Of a stretch of 64,000 bases of DNA, positions 22,830 through 36,800 are shown one piece after another. The notes beneath the pieces were generated by a model, which saw nothing but the letters and a program-made list of their open reading frames with translations, did no database searches and was not told the DNA's origin. The number at the start of each line of letters is the position of its first letter. Within the stretch, counting starts at the first letter, position 1. The position numbers and the translations under genes are program-made. Source of the stretch: Eledone cirrhosa (Eukaryota); the NCBI GenBank assembly GCA_964016885.1, contig OZ024748.1, forward strand, positions 28,582,001 to 28,646,000, read 5' to 3'.

Positions 22830-23500
22830 ATCGATCTCTTTCCCACTGGAGCATCCCTATTTTGGGGGCTTTTTTTCTGTTGCCTTCGGATCTGGTGTTT
22901 TTTTCCCCTCCACTCACCCTCCGTTGAGCCAAGCACCCTGACCGGAGACTACCAGCCACACACCCATGTTGCCGCATAGTGCTCCAGTCCCCGGCTCTAC
23001 GCCCCACCCTCCATCTCCACTAGATGACATCTGCAGCATATGCAGCACCACGAAGAAGAGGTGGAAGAAAAGCCGGAACTGTTAGGCGTGCTGCTATTTT
23101 CACTACCTTTCTTGTGACGCATCGAGCCTCCAGCGCCCACAGAGCGTGGAGATGCAGCAGCTGTCTCCTCCCTCGTCTACACAGTCGCGGCCGTTCACTA
23201 CACCACTAGATGAAACAGCGAGCTTGTCTGATGCACAAGCCTCGCTGGTCAACATCGTTCGGCTCAGGTGGCTCCGGAAGTTTCCGCTCAAGATCCTGAG
23301 AGCAGCCCGAGTGCCGGTGGCCAATGACCTCGCATCCTCAATTGAGAGGGCCTTGGACTCTAATCTAGCCGGCGACTGGGAGCGCCTTTTTTCTTTCGTC
23401 CCACATGCCCTCAGCCTCTCCAACTCTGGCCATCCTACGTGGCCAGTCGACAACAGCTTTTGTCAAGGCGAACGTTTCGTCCTTTGGGCAAGCGCCCATC
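22830..23500 (+). pseudogene. N-terminal fragment of a CRE-clade (RLE) non-LTR ORF
   Basis: KILRAARVPVANDLASSIERALDSNLAGDWERLFSF resembles the pre-RT region of CRE-type elements; Cys-rich remnant CSICSTTKKR upstream. Confidence 0.45.
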
Positions 23501-23813
23501 CCACATAAGATTTTATTACATTAGCTCATATTATACTGTTTAATGAAATTAAATTTGCTCGCAGCTTTAGAGAATAAACAATATTGGATGTATATGCCCT
23601 AACTTCACTCCTATAATATCCCAAAATCAAAATATGAGTGCTGAATATACCAGTCAAACTAACCACAAGATATTTTGTACAGTTGAAATAATTCCTACAT
23701 TTCTGGCCTTTTAACGCTTTTCCCTAAAATTTGTTTTGATTTTTCAAATTTTCGTAGTGGGATACATAAGAACATGGGATGGGTAAATAATTATCATTTG
23801 TATATTATATAAC

Positions 23814-23880
23814 GATTCTGAAGATTTCTCTACGAAGGAATGCTTACATCCTTTGTAATTGACTGAAACATATGTTAATC
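23814..23880 (+). ncRNA. Type I hammerhead ribozyme motif
   Basis: GATT-CTGAAGA-...TACGAAGGA/TCCTTTGTA...-GAAA-CATATG-TT-AATC: palindromic stem III, GUU site; basal stem II is weak. Confidence 0.55.
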
Positions 23881-23964
23881 AATTAAATAATGCTAAGGTA
23901 TGAGTGTAACGTGTGCACCAAAAACAGACTCATTAACTGCTTAATGAACACAACCACAAGGATA

Positions 23965-24331
23965 TGATCCGAACGTGGAAGAGCCGAACTCCCACTGTCA
24001 CCGCCTCCATCTCTCTCGCCTTCACCATCTCTTCGTATGGTGAGCAAATGGGGTCCTACGTGCTGGCTTCACCACAGCCCCGGGGCGGATAGAATGGAGA
24101 AGGCGTTTCTCCGGAGGATGGTAAGGAAGATGCGCTGGAAGAGCCATTCCAACTCGCGAGGCTCACACCTGCGGCTGGCCAGCTCAGCGCCTATGGTGGT
24201 GAGTAGGGAGGTAGCTCTAGGGCCAAGGACACCAGAAGTCTCCACTGCCAAGGGCCCGACCGCGAACTTGTCGGAGAACGACCGGTACTTGGAGAGTTTG
24301 GCTTCCTCAGCCCGACGTGCAGCAAAACCCG
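23965..24331 (-). pseudogene. C-terminal restriction-like endonuclease fragment of a CRE-clade non-LTR element
   Basis: GFAARRAEEAKLSKY..GPLAVETSGVLGPRA..EPRELEWLFQRIFLTILRRNAFSIL fits the RLE C-terminal pattern (K..KY, PFAVET.G, QRISL...RGNA). Confidence 0.75.
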
Positions 24332-24829
24332 GGTTTAAGCTAAATACACTAAAATAATCAGCTTATAAGGTGTTGAAAACAGAAAAATAAGTCTTCGAAA
24401 GTTAAGGTTCATGTTGTTGAGGAGAGTTCAGGTACCAATGCATTAATATTTAAATTGACGTGAGACCAAGATTAGCAACTTAAAGTCATTCTTTAATTTC
24501 TACGCCCCTTTCTACGCCCCGTTACAATATTACATGCATATGGAAACAATTATTAACACAATACATAATACATATAACTGCATTTTTTTAGGAAATGTGA
24601 GAAGGAACAAACTTTACCAAGTTCATGAAACAATTACATATAAAAACATCTTGTACACGGAGTTGTTGCAACGTGCAAAATAATAGGTTGAGGTAAAAAG
24701 CATTGCATCATTATTATTTATAATACTATTATTAATTTTCCTAATACAGTTAGAATAACATTTGTTGTTAGTTAGATTTGCAAGAGGCAGCAGTAATCAT
24801 TTTGCGTAAAAAATATAAAAATAAAAATA

Positions 24830-25127
24830 TGTAAGAAGCATACATAAATGACCATTAATACTAATATTAATCTGGTTCTAATATACAGTCCGTGTATAGG
24901 GTGGAATTGGTTGAATTCGTCTTACATTGTTAGTAACACCGACAAGCTAAATAACACCGTTTTCCTAATTTTGAATTTACCGGGTGAAGTCAAATTTTTG
25001 AATTTGAATTTTTAAAATGCATGTTACTGACAATGTAAGATGAATTCAATCAATTTAACCCTCTACACGGACTGTATCTTAGAACCAGATTCATATTAGT
25101 ATTAATGGTAATTTACATTTGCTTCTT

Positions 25128-25128
<1 letters not shown>
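24830..25128. mobile_element. MITE-like element with ~100-bp imperfect terminal inverted repeats
   Basis: CCATTAATACTAATATTAATCTGGTTCTAATATACAGTCCGTGTA.. vs ..TACACGGACTGTATCTTAGAACCAGATTCATATTAGTATTAATGG. Confidence 0.65.
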
Positions 25129-25193
<65 letters not shown>

Positions 25194-25390
25194 ATACTTG
25201 GGGGGGGGGGGGTCATATTTGTGTAATATTGCCAGAATTAATAACAGAACACACTCACTGTTTGGTTGGTTTTCGCTTCTGTGTCTTTTATATCGGTTAA
25301 TTTAATTTATTCGGTCCTCAATGTTGCCATTGACTGACCAACGGTCAAAGACACAGATACAATATAGACACAAACACATATATATAGTCT

Positions 25391-25432
25391 ATCAAAGTTC
25401 TTTCGTTGCACATCTGCAACATCGTCAGTGTT
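25391..25432 (-). ncRNA. Minimal hammerhead ribozyme motif (relative of 21563)
   Basis: Minus strand AACA-CTGACGA-T-GTTGCA GATG TGCAAC-GAAA-GAAC-TT-TGAT. Stem II differs in sequence from the 21563 copy but stays paired. Confidence 0.6.
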
Positions 25433-25762
25433 GCTATTATGTTTCCTCCCGTTGCATGTATGCTTACGCCATCTTTATTTAGTCTGTTTATTTATTTATT
25501 TGTTTTTGTTTTTTTTTTACTCTCTCTCTCTCTCTATATATATATATTTCCACTCCTGCACGTAACACGTGTTTCGCAAATGCTTTGCGATAATCGGTTA
25601 CAATCAGCTCTACACTAAGATCGATTTGCTCATCAGGCGCAATGGAGATTAAAATCGGATTCAATAACAAACAGGTGTCGGTATTGACTCACACTTTTAA
25701 TACTTAATATCCAATTCACGTAAAATCCTTGAGTACTGAAAGTAATTGGCTTACTCCTCAAC

Positions 25763-25913
<151 letters not shown>

Positions 25914-26529
25914 GAGAGAGAGAGATTGAAAGAGGAGGAGCAAGAGAAAGTGCGGGGAGAAATATACATAGATGGAAAGAAAGAAAGATAAATAGTTAAA
26001 TAAATAAATTGATAGATAGGCACACCTGCAGACAGACAGACAGACTAATAGATAGATAGTTAGATAGATACACATATACGTGTGTTACTGGTGTGGGCTG
26101 ACGTTGGTATCATTAAATAGATGGGTATATATGTGTGTGCGCGTGTATGTATGTGTGTGTTTGTAAGCCTTTATGTTTTTACATCCCTATCAACATCATG
26201 ACTTCTATATTTTACCTTAAGGGACTCAACACACATCCTGTCCTGTAAAGGTCGACAATCATTTATAAACATGGGGCTGGTCACAATTAGCGTTGTCATT
26301 AATAATGCCTGCGTGCATGTGTTTATATATATATATATAAAGAGAGAGAGAGACATACACACATACATATATGTGTGTGTGTGTGTTTGTGTTTGTGTGT
26401 TTGTGTGTGTGTATTTATGTAAGCAAATATATATATGTATGTATATATATGATGTGGGTGGGTGGGTGGGGGGGGGGTAATTTTGTTAAACAAAGGCAAT
26501 AAATTTCATAGGGGAAAGTAGTGAAGGTT

Positions 26530-26730
26530 TAGCAAATATACCTAGCTACACACACACACATACCCACAAACACACACACACACACATACTCACAAACACA
26601 CACCTTGTAATAGCAAATATACCTAGCTACATACACACACATATTCACAAACACACCTTGTAATAGCAAATATACCTAGCTACATACACACACACACACA
26701 CATACTCACAAACACACACCTTGTAACACT
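26530..26730. repeat. Short tandem repeat, ~3 copies of 50-80 bp
   Basis: TAGCAAATATACCTAGCTACA(CA)n..CACCTTGTAA repeated. Confidence 0.8.
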
Positions 26731-26794
26731 CAAACACAAACACACGTCGACGGTATTCCCAATCATTAACATTAACGATACCACTCCCAATATC

Positions 26795-29700
26795 TCTCCA
26801 CCACCACCACCACCACCACAGCCACAGCCACCTCCACTGCCACCACCACCACCACAGCCACAGCCACCTCCACTACCACCACCATCACAACCATCTCCAC
26901 TACCACCACCATCACAACCATCTCCACTACCACCACCATCACAGCCATCTCCACTACCACCACCACCACAGCCATCTCCACTACCACCACCATCACAACC
27001 AACTCCACTACCACCACCACCACAGCCATCTCCAATACCACCACCATCACAACCAACTCCACTACCACCACCACCACAGCCATCTCCAATACCACCACCA
27101 CCATCACAGCCATCTCCACTACCACCACCATCACAACCACCTCCACTACCACCACCATCACAACCAACTCCACTACCACCACCATCACAGCCATCTCCAC
27201 TACCACCACCATCACAACCATCCCCACTACCACCACCATCACAACCACCTCCACTACCACCACCACCATCACAGCCATCTCCACTACCACCACCATCACA
27301 ACCACCTCCACTACCACCACCACCACCACAGCCATCTCAACTACCACCACCATCACAGCCATCTCCACTACCACCACCATTACAGCCATCTCCACTACCA
27401 CCACCATCACAACCAACTCCACTACCACCACCACCACAGCCATCTCCACTACCACCACCATCACAACCATCTCCACTACCACCACCATCACAGCCATCTC
27501 CACTACCACCACCATCACAACCATCTCCACTACCACCACCATCACAACCACCTCCACTACCACCACCATCACAACCAACTCCACTACCACCACCACCATC
27601 ACAGCCATCTCCACTACCACCACCATCACAGCCATCTCCACTACCACCACCATCACAGCCATCTCCACTACCACCACCATCACAACCAACTCCACTACCA
27701 CCACCACCACAGCCATCTCCACTACCACCACCATCACAACCATCTCCACTACCACCACCACCACAGCCATCTCCACTACCACCACCATCACAACCACCTC
27801 CACTACCACCACCACCACCACAGCCATCTCCACTACCACCACAGCCATCTCCACTACCACCACCATCACAACCATCTCCACTACCACCACCATCACAACC
27901 ACTTTAACTACCACCACCACCATCACAGCCATCTCCACTACCACCACCATCACAACCACCTCCACTACCACCACCATCACAGCCATCTCCACTACCACCA
28001 CCATCACAACCACCTCCACTACCACCACCACCACAGCCATCTCCACTACCACCACCATCACAACCACCTCCACTACCACCACCACCACCACCACCACAAC
28101 CATCTCCACTACCACCACCATCACAACCACCTCCACTACCACTACCATTACAACCACCTCCACTACTACCACCACCACAGCCACCTCCACTACCACTACC
28201 ATCACAACCACCTTCACTACCACCACCACCACAGCCACCTCCACTACCACTACCATCACAACCACCTCCACTACTACCACCACCACAGCCACCTCCACTA
28301 CCTCTACCATCACAACCACCTCCACTACCACCACCACCACAGCCACCTCCACTACCACTACCATCACAACCACCTCCACTACCATTACCATCACAACCAC
28401 CTCCACTACCACCACCACCACAGCCATCTCCACTACCACCACCACCACAACCATCTCCACTACCACCACCATCACAACCACCTCCACTACCACTACCATT
28501 ACAACCACCTCCACTACTACCACCACCACAGCCACCTCCACTACCACTACCATCACAACCACCTTCACTACCACCACCACCACAGCCACCTCCACTACCA
28601 CTACCATCACAACCACCTCCACTACTACCACCACCACAGCCACCTCCACTACCTCTACCATCACAACCACCTCCACTACCACCACCACCACAGCCACCTC
28701 CACTACCACTACCATCACAACCACCTCCACTACCATTACCATCACAACCACCTCCACTACCACCACCACCACAGCCATCTCCACTACCACTACCATCACA
28801 ACCACCTTCACTACCACCACCACCACAGCCACCTCCACTACCACTACCATCACAACCACCTCCACTACTACCACCACCACAGCCACCTCCACTACCACTA
28901 CCATCACAACCACCTTCACTACCACCACCACCACAGCCACCTCCACTACCACTACCATCACAACCACCTTCACTACTACCACCACCACAGCCACCTCCAC
29001 TACCACTACCATCACAACCACCTCCACTACCACCACCACCACAGCCACCTCCACTACCACTACCATCACAACCACCTCCACTACCACTACCATCACAACC
29101 ACCTCCACTACCACCACCACCACAGCCACCTCCACTACCACCACCACCACAGCCACCTCCACTACCATTACCACCACAACCACCTCCACTACCACCACCA
29201 CCACAGCCACCTCCACTACCACTACCATCACAACAACCTCCACTACCATTACCATCACAACCACCTCCACTACCACCACCACCACAGCCACCTCCACTAC
29301 CACTACCATCACAGCCACCTCCACTACCACTACCATCACAACCACCTCCACTACCATTACCATCACAACCACCTCCACTACCACCACCACCACAGCCACC
29401 TCCACTACCACTACCATCACAACCACCTCCACCACCATTACCATCACAACCACCTCCACTACCATTACCATCACAACCACCTCCACTACCACCACCACCA
29501 CAGCCACCTCCACTACCACCACCATCACAACCACCTCCACTACCACCACCACCACCACAGCCATCTCCACTACCACCACCATCACAGCCATCTCCACTAC
29601 CACCACCATCACAGCCATCTCCACTACCACCACCATCACAACCAACTCCACTACCACCACCACCACAGCCATCTCCACTACCACCACCATCACAACCATC

Positions 29701-31900
29701 TCCACTACCACCACCATCACAGCCATCTCCACTACCACCACCATCACAACCATCTCCACTACCACCACCATCACAACCAACTCCACTACCACCACCACCA
29801 CAGCCATCTCCAATACCACCACCATCACAGCCATCTCCACTACCACCACCATCACAACCATCTCCACTACCACCACCATCACAACCACCTCCACTACCAC
29901 CACCACCATCACAGCCATCTCCACTACCACCACCATCACAGCCATCTCCACTACCACCACCATCACAGCCATCTCCACTACCACCACCATCACAACCATC
30001 TCCACTACCACCACCATCACAACCACCTCCACTACCACCACCATCACAACCAACTCCACTACCACCACCATCACAGCCATCTCCACTACCACCACCATCA
30101 CAACCATCCCCACTACCACCACCATCACAACCACCTCCACTACCACCACCACCATCACAGCCATCTCCACTACCACCACCATCACAACCACCTCCACTAC
30201 CACCACCACCACCACAGCCATCTCCACTACCACCACCATCACAGCCATCTCCACTACCACCACCATCACAGCCATCTCCACTACCACCACCATCACAACC
30301 AACTCCACTACCACCACCACCACAGCCATCTCCACTACCACCACCATCACAACCATCTCCACTACCACCACCACCACAGCCATCTCCACTACCACCACCA
30401 TCACAACCACCTCCACTACCACCACCACCACCACAGCCATCTCCACTACCACCACAGCCATCTCCACTACCACCACCATCACAACCATCTCCACTACCAC
30501 CACCATCACAACCACCTCAACTACCACCACCACCATCACAGCCATCTCCACTACCACCACCATCACAACCACCTCCACTACCACCACCATCACAGCCATC
30601 TCCACTACCACCACCATCACAACCACCTCCACTACCACCACCACCACAGCCATCTCCACTACCACCACCATCACAACCACCTCCACTACCACCACCACCA
30701 CCACCACCACAGCCATCTCCACTACCACCACCATCACAACCACCTCCACTACCACTACCATTACAACCACCTCCACTACTACCACCACCACAGCCACCTC
30801 CACTACCACTACCATCACAACCACCTTCACTACCACCACCACCACAGCCACCTCCACTACCACTACCATCACAACCACCTCCACTACTACCACCACCACA
30901 GCCACCTCCACTACCTCTACCATCACAACCACCTCCACTACCACCATCACCACAGCCACCTCCACTACCACTACCATCACAACCACCTCCACTACCATTA
31001 CCATCACAACCACCTCCACTACCACCACCACCACAGCCACCTCCACTACCACTACCATCACAACCACCTCCACCACCATTACCATCACAACCACCTCCAC
31101 TACCATTACCATCACAACCACCTCCACTACCACCATCACCACAGCCACCTCCACTACCACTACCATCACAACCACCTCCACTACTACCACCACCACAGCC
31201 ACCTCCACTACCACTACCATCACAACCACCTTCACTACCACCACCACCACAGCCACCTCCACTACCACTACCATCACAACCACCTCCACTACTACCACCA
31301 CCACAGCCACCTCCACTACCACTACCATCACAACCACCTCCACTACCACCACCACCACAGCCACCTCCACTACCACTACCATCACAACCACCTCCACTAC
31401 CACTACCATCACAACCACCTCCACTACCACCACCACCACAGCCACCTCCACTACCACCACCACCACAGCCACCTCCACTACCATTACCACCACAACCACC
31501 TCCACTACCACCACCACCACAGCCACCTCCACTACCACTACCATCACAACAACCTCCACTACCATTACCATCACAACCACCTCCACTACCACCACCACCA
31601 CAGCCACCTCCACTACCACTACCATCACAGCCACCTCCACTACCACTACCATCACAACCACCTCCACTACCATTACCATCACAACCACCTCCACTACCAC
31701 CACCACCACAGCCACCTCCACTACCACTACCATCACAACCACCTCCACCACCATTACCATCACAACCACCTCCACTACCATTACCATCACAACCACCTCC
31801 ACTACCACCACCACCACAGCCACCTCCACTACCACCACCATCACAACCACCTCCACTACCACCACCACCACAACCACCTCCACTACCACCACCACAAGTA
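26795..31900 (+). repeat. 5.1-kb ACC-derived minisatellite (unit mostly 24 bp, ACA-RCC-AYC-TCC-ACT-(ACC)n-AYC) with higher-order duplication
   Basis: Direct reading. All unit lengths are multiples of 3. Rare variants recur ~2.3-2.9 kb apart (ATCCCC at ~27220/30106, ACAACAACC at ~29230/31547). Confidence 0.92.
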
Positions 31901-32040
31901 CTACCACCTTCAATGTCACCAAGATAATACCACCAACAACGCCAACATCAACGCCACCAGCACTACCACCGCAACCGCCACCAACAATCCCAACGCTGCC
32001 ACCACCCCTCCCCAACAATCCCAACGCTACTACGGCCTCC

Positions 32041-32242
32041 ACAGCACCTCCACTCCACCAACACTACAGCTACCACCTCCACTACCACCACCACCACAGC
32101 ACCTCCACTCCACCAACACTACAGCTACCACCTCCACTACCACCACCACCACAGCACCTCCACTCCACCAACACTACAGCTACCACCTCCACTACCACCA
32201 CCACCACAGCACCTCCACTCCACCAACACTACAGCTACCACC
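32041..32242 (+). repeat. 55-bp tandem repeat, ~3.6 copies
   Basis: ACAGCACCTCCACTCC.. starts at 32041, 32096, 32151, 32206. Confidence 0.9.
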
Positions 32243-32377
32243 GCAACAACAACAACAACATCAACAACAATCTATTTATCCATTGTTAGGACCATAATTA
32301 CGATCAACTCTCATTATCTTATTATTAGATCTTTATGAGTAAGTCTGTTGGATATGGCGGCCTCGTGTGGATGTCAT

Positions 32378-33240
32378 GTAGTGGTGGTGGTGGTGATGAT
32401 GGTGGTGGTGGTGGTGATGGTGGTGGTGGTGGTGGTGGTGGTGGTGGTGGATGGAGATGGTGGTGGTGGTGGAGGTGGTGGTGGTGGTGGCGGTGGTGGT
32501 GGTGTAGAGGTGGTGGTGGTGAAGGTGGTGGTGGTGGAGATGGTGATGGTGGAGGTGGTGGTGGTGGTGGTGGTGGTGGTGGTGGTGGTGGTGTAGAGGT
32601 TGTGGTTGCGGAGGTGGTGGTGGTGGAGATGGTGGTGGTGTAGAGGTGGTGGTGGAGGTGGTGGTGGTAGTGGTGTAGACGTGGTGGTGGAGGTGGTGGC
32701 GGTAGTGGTGTAGAAGTGGTGGTGGAGGCGGTGATGTTGGTGTTGACATTGGTAATATACCACAATAGTAGTGGTGGTGGTGGTGCTGGTGCTGGTGGTG
32801 CTGGTGATTGTTGTGATGGTTGTGGGACCTTACAACAGTAAGAGCAATTATATTTTTGTCATTGATCGAAGTGTTGGCGGAGGCGTAAGTAGTGGTGGTG
32901 GTGCTCGTGTTGGATAGTTGTGGTGGTGTTAGGGTTGGTAGTGGTGGTTGTAGTGCTTGTGATGGTAGTAGTGGTGGTGGTAGTGGTAGTAGCGGTTATA
33001 GGTGGAGGTGGTAGTGGTGGTGGTAGAACAATGTACCATTTGAACCTTATGCACGGCCAATCACTGTTACATCGTAAATGGTAGCAGTGGCGGTGGTGAT
33101 GGTAGCGGTGGTGGTGGTGGAGGAGGTAGTGGTTGTGGTGGTTGTGGTGATGGTGGTGGTGGTTGTGGGTATAGTGGTGGTGGTGCTTTGGTGATAGTGG
33201 TTGTAGTGGTAGTGGTGGTAGTTGTGGTTTTAGTGATGGC
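32378..33240 (+). repeat. Degenerate (GGT)n region
   Basis: Direct reading; strand polarity is opposite to the preceding ACC array. Confidence 0.85.
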
Positions 33241-33810
33241 AATGTTGATGTTGATAATAGATGTTGTAATGGTGCTGGCGGTGGAACAAATATTTCTCTC
33301 ATCTGATGATTATTGGTATTATCACAGTACAACAATCTGGTAAGTGAGTAATTGAACCGGGGCGGGGGTGGAGGGACAGGGTCCGTGGGAAAATTCATTT
33401 AAATAAAGGGGTTACTTAAGAGAAAAACATTTGGGAGCCTTTGGTCTCGGTTATCTACGTATAACAGCAACACTGCCTCATAATTTAGTAGGGAACTACT
33501 CGCACCCCTGTGGATCTCATCAGAGCTTTCAAGTTGTTAGGGACTGGAATATTATTTAGTTTTGAACGGAAAGGGTCAAGGTTTTGAAATATCGTTGTTA
33601 GGGGTTTAAGAATTATTTGATTCTGAAAGTGAAGGGTTTAGGTTTCCTAATGTACTTTTGTTAGGGGCTGAAGTAATTTCTGGTTCTGAATGGGAGGAGA
33701 GCCAAATTTTTAAATGCTATGTTAACGATGAACGTTCACGGGGAGAAATTGTCAGGGGTGAATGTGGTGGACACGGTCAGACGGTGGTGATGGCATGTGT
33801 GGTTGAAATA

Positions 33811-36800
33811 GTGGTGGTGGTGGTGGTGGTGGTGGTGGTGGACATGGCTAGATGGTCGTGATGGTATTGGTGGTGGTGGTGGTGGTGGTGGACATGGCTA
33901 GATGGTCGTGATGGTATTGGTGGTGGTGGTGGTGGTGGTGGTGGACAAGGCTAGATGGTCGTGATGGTATTGGTGGTGGTGGTGGTGGTGGTGGTGGACA
34001 TGGTTAGATGGTCGTGATGGTATTGGTGGTGGTGGTGGTGGTGGTGGACATGGCTAGATGGTCGTGATGGTATTGGTGGTGGTGGTGGTGGTGGTGGACA
34101 TGGCTAGATGGTCGTGATGGTATTGGTGGTGGTGGTGGTGGTGGTGGACAAGGCTAGATGGTCGTGATGGTATTGGTGGTGGTGGTGGTGGTGGTGGTGG
34201 ACATGGTTAGATGGTCGTGATGGTATTGGTGGTGGTGGTGGTGGTGGACATGGTTAGATGGTCGTGATGGTATTGGTGGTGGTGGTGGTGGTGGTGGTGG
34301 ACATGGTTAGATGGTCGTGATGGTATTGGTGGTAGTTGTGGTGGTGGTGGTGGTGGACATGGTTAGATGGTCGTGATGGTATTGGTGGTGGTTGTGGTGG
34401 ACATGGTTAGATGGTCGTGATGGTATTGGTGGTGGTGGTGGTGGACATGGTTAGATGGTCGTGATGGTATTGGTGGTGGTGGTGGTGGTGGACATGGTTA
34501 GATGGTCGTGATGGTATTGGTGGTGGTGGTGGTGGTGGTGGACATGGTTAGATGGTCGTGATGGTATTGGTGGTGGTGGTGGTGGTGGACATGGTTAGAT
34601 GGTCATGATGGTATTGGTGGTGGTGGTGGTGGTGGACATGGTTAGATGGTCGTGATGGTATTGGTGGTGGTGGTGGTGGTGGTGGACATGGTTAGATGGT
34701 CGTGATGGTATTGGTGGTGGTGGTGGTGGTGGACATGGTTAGATGGTCGTGATGGTATTGGTGGTGGTGGTGGTGGTGGGCATGGCTAGATGGTCGTGAT
34801 GGTATTGGTGGTGGTGGTGGTGGTGGACATGGTTAGATGGTCGTGATGGTATTGGTGGTGGTGGTGGTGGTGGGCATGGCTAGATGGTCGTGATGGTATT
34901 GGTGGTGGTGGTGGTGGTGGACATGGTTAGATGGTCGTGATGGTATTGGTGGTGGTGGTGGTGGTGGACATGGTTAGATGGTCGTGATGGTATTGGTGGT
35001 GGTGGTGGTGGTGGTGGACATGGTTAGATGGTCGTGATGGTATTGGTGGTGGTGGGCATGGCTAGATGGTCGTGATGGTATTGGTGGTGGTGGTGGTGGT
35101 GGTGGACATGGTTAGATGGTCGTGATGGTATTGGTGGTGGTGGTGGTGGTGGACATGGTTAGATGGTCGTGATGGTATTGGTGGTGGTGGTGGTGGTGGT
35201 GGACATGGTTAGATGGTCGTGATGGTATTGGTGGTGGTGGTGGTGGTGGGCATGGCTAGATGGTCGTGATGGTATTGGTGGTGGTGGTGGTGGTGGGCAT
35301 GGCTAGATGGTCGTGATGGTATTGGTGGTGGTGGTGGTGGTGGACATGGTTAGATGGTCGTGATGGTATTGGTGGTGATGGTGGTGGTGGTGGTGGACAT
35401 GGTTAGATGGTCGTGATGGTATTGGTGGTGGTGGTGGTGGTGGACATGGTTAGATGGTCGTGATGGTATTGGTGGTGGTGGTGGTGGTGGTGGACATGGT
35501 TAGATGGTCGTGATGGTATTGGTGGTGGTGGGCATGGCTAGATGGTCGTGATGGTATTGGTGGTGGTGGTGGTGGTGGACATGGCTAGATGGTCGTGATG
35601 GTATTGGTGGTGGTGGTGGTGGTGGGCATGGCTAGATGGTCGTGATGGTATTGGTGGTGGTGGTGGTGGTGGACATGGTTAGATGGTCGTGATGGTATTG
35701 GTGGTGATGGTGGTGGTGGTGGTGGACATGGTTAGATGGTCGTGATGGTATTGGTGGTGGTGGTGGTGGTGGACATGGTTAGATGGTCGTGATGGTATTG
35801 GTGGTGGTGGTGGTGGTGGTGGACATGGTTAGATGGTCGTGATGGTATTGGTGGTGGTGGGCATGGCTAGATGGTCGTGATGGTATTGGTGGTGGTGGTG
35901 GTGGTGGTGGACATGGTTAGATGGTCGTGATGGTATTGGTGGTGGTGGTGGTGGTGGACATGGCTAGATGGTCGTGATGGTATTGGTGGTGGTGGTGGTG
36001 GGCATGGCTAGATGGTCGTGATGGTATTGGTGGTGGTGGTGGTGGTGGACATGGTTAGATGGTCGTGATGGTATTGGTGGTGATGGTGGTGGTGGTGGTG
36101 GACATGGTTAGATGGTCGTGATGGTATTGGTGGTGGTGGTGGTGGTGGACATGGTTAGATGGTCGTGATGGTATTGGTGGTGGTGGTGGTGGTGGTGGAC
36201 ATGGTTAGATGGTCGTGATGGTATTGGTGGTGGTGGGCATGGCTAGATGGTCGTGATGGTATTGGTGGTGGTGGTGGTGGTGGACATGGTTAGATGGTCG
36301 TGATGGTATTGGTGGTGGTGGTGGTGGTGGACATGGTTAGATGGTCGTGATGGTATTGGTGGTGGTGGTGGTGGTGGACATGGTTAGATGGTCGTGATGG
36401 TATTGGTGGTGGTGGTGGTGGTGGACATGGTTAGATGGTCGTGATGGTATTGGTGGTGGTGGTGGTGGTGGTGGACATGGTTAGATAGTCGTGATGGTAT
36501 TGGTGGTGGTGGGCATGGCTAGATGGTCGTGATGGTATTGGTGGTGGTGGTGGTGGTGGACATGGTTAGATGGTCGTGATGGTATTGGTGGTGGTGGGCA
36601 TGGCTAGATGGTCGTGATGGTATTGGTGGTGGTGGTGGTGGTGGTGGACATGGTTAGATGGTCGTGATGGTATTGGTGGTGGTGGTGGTGGACATGGCTA
36701 GATGGTCGTGATGGTATTGGTGGTGGTGGTGGTGGACATGGCTAGATGGTCGTGATGGTATTGGTGGTGGTGGTGGTGGTGGTGGACATGGTTAGATGGT

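Noticed and set aside
26772-32042. 1756-aa poly-Val ORF on the minus strand
   Set aside because: Antisense reading of the ACC repeat; composition is implausible for a protein and the frame is stop-free by construction.
33326-33346. Possible 12-nt microexon (cag|TACAACAATCTG|gtaagt)
   Set aside because: Weak polypyrimidine tract and no partner exons; unsupported without transcripts.
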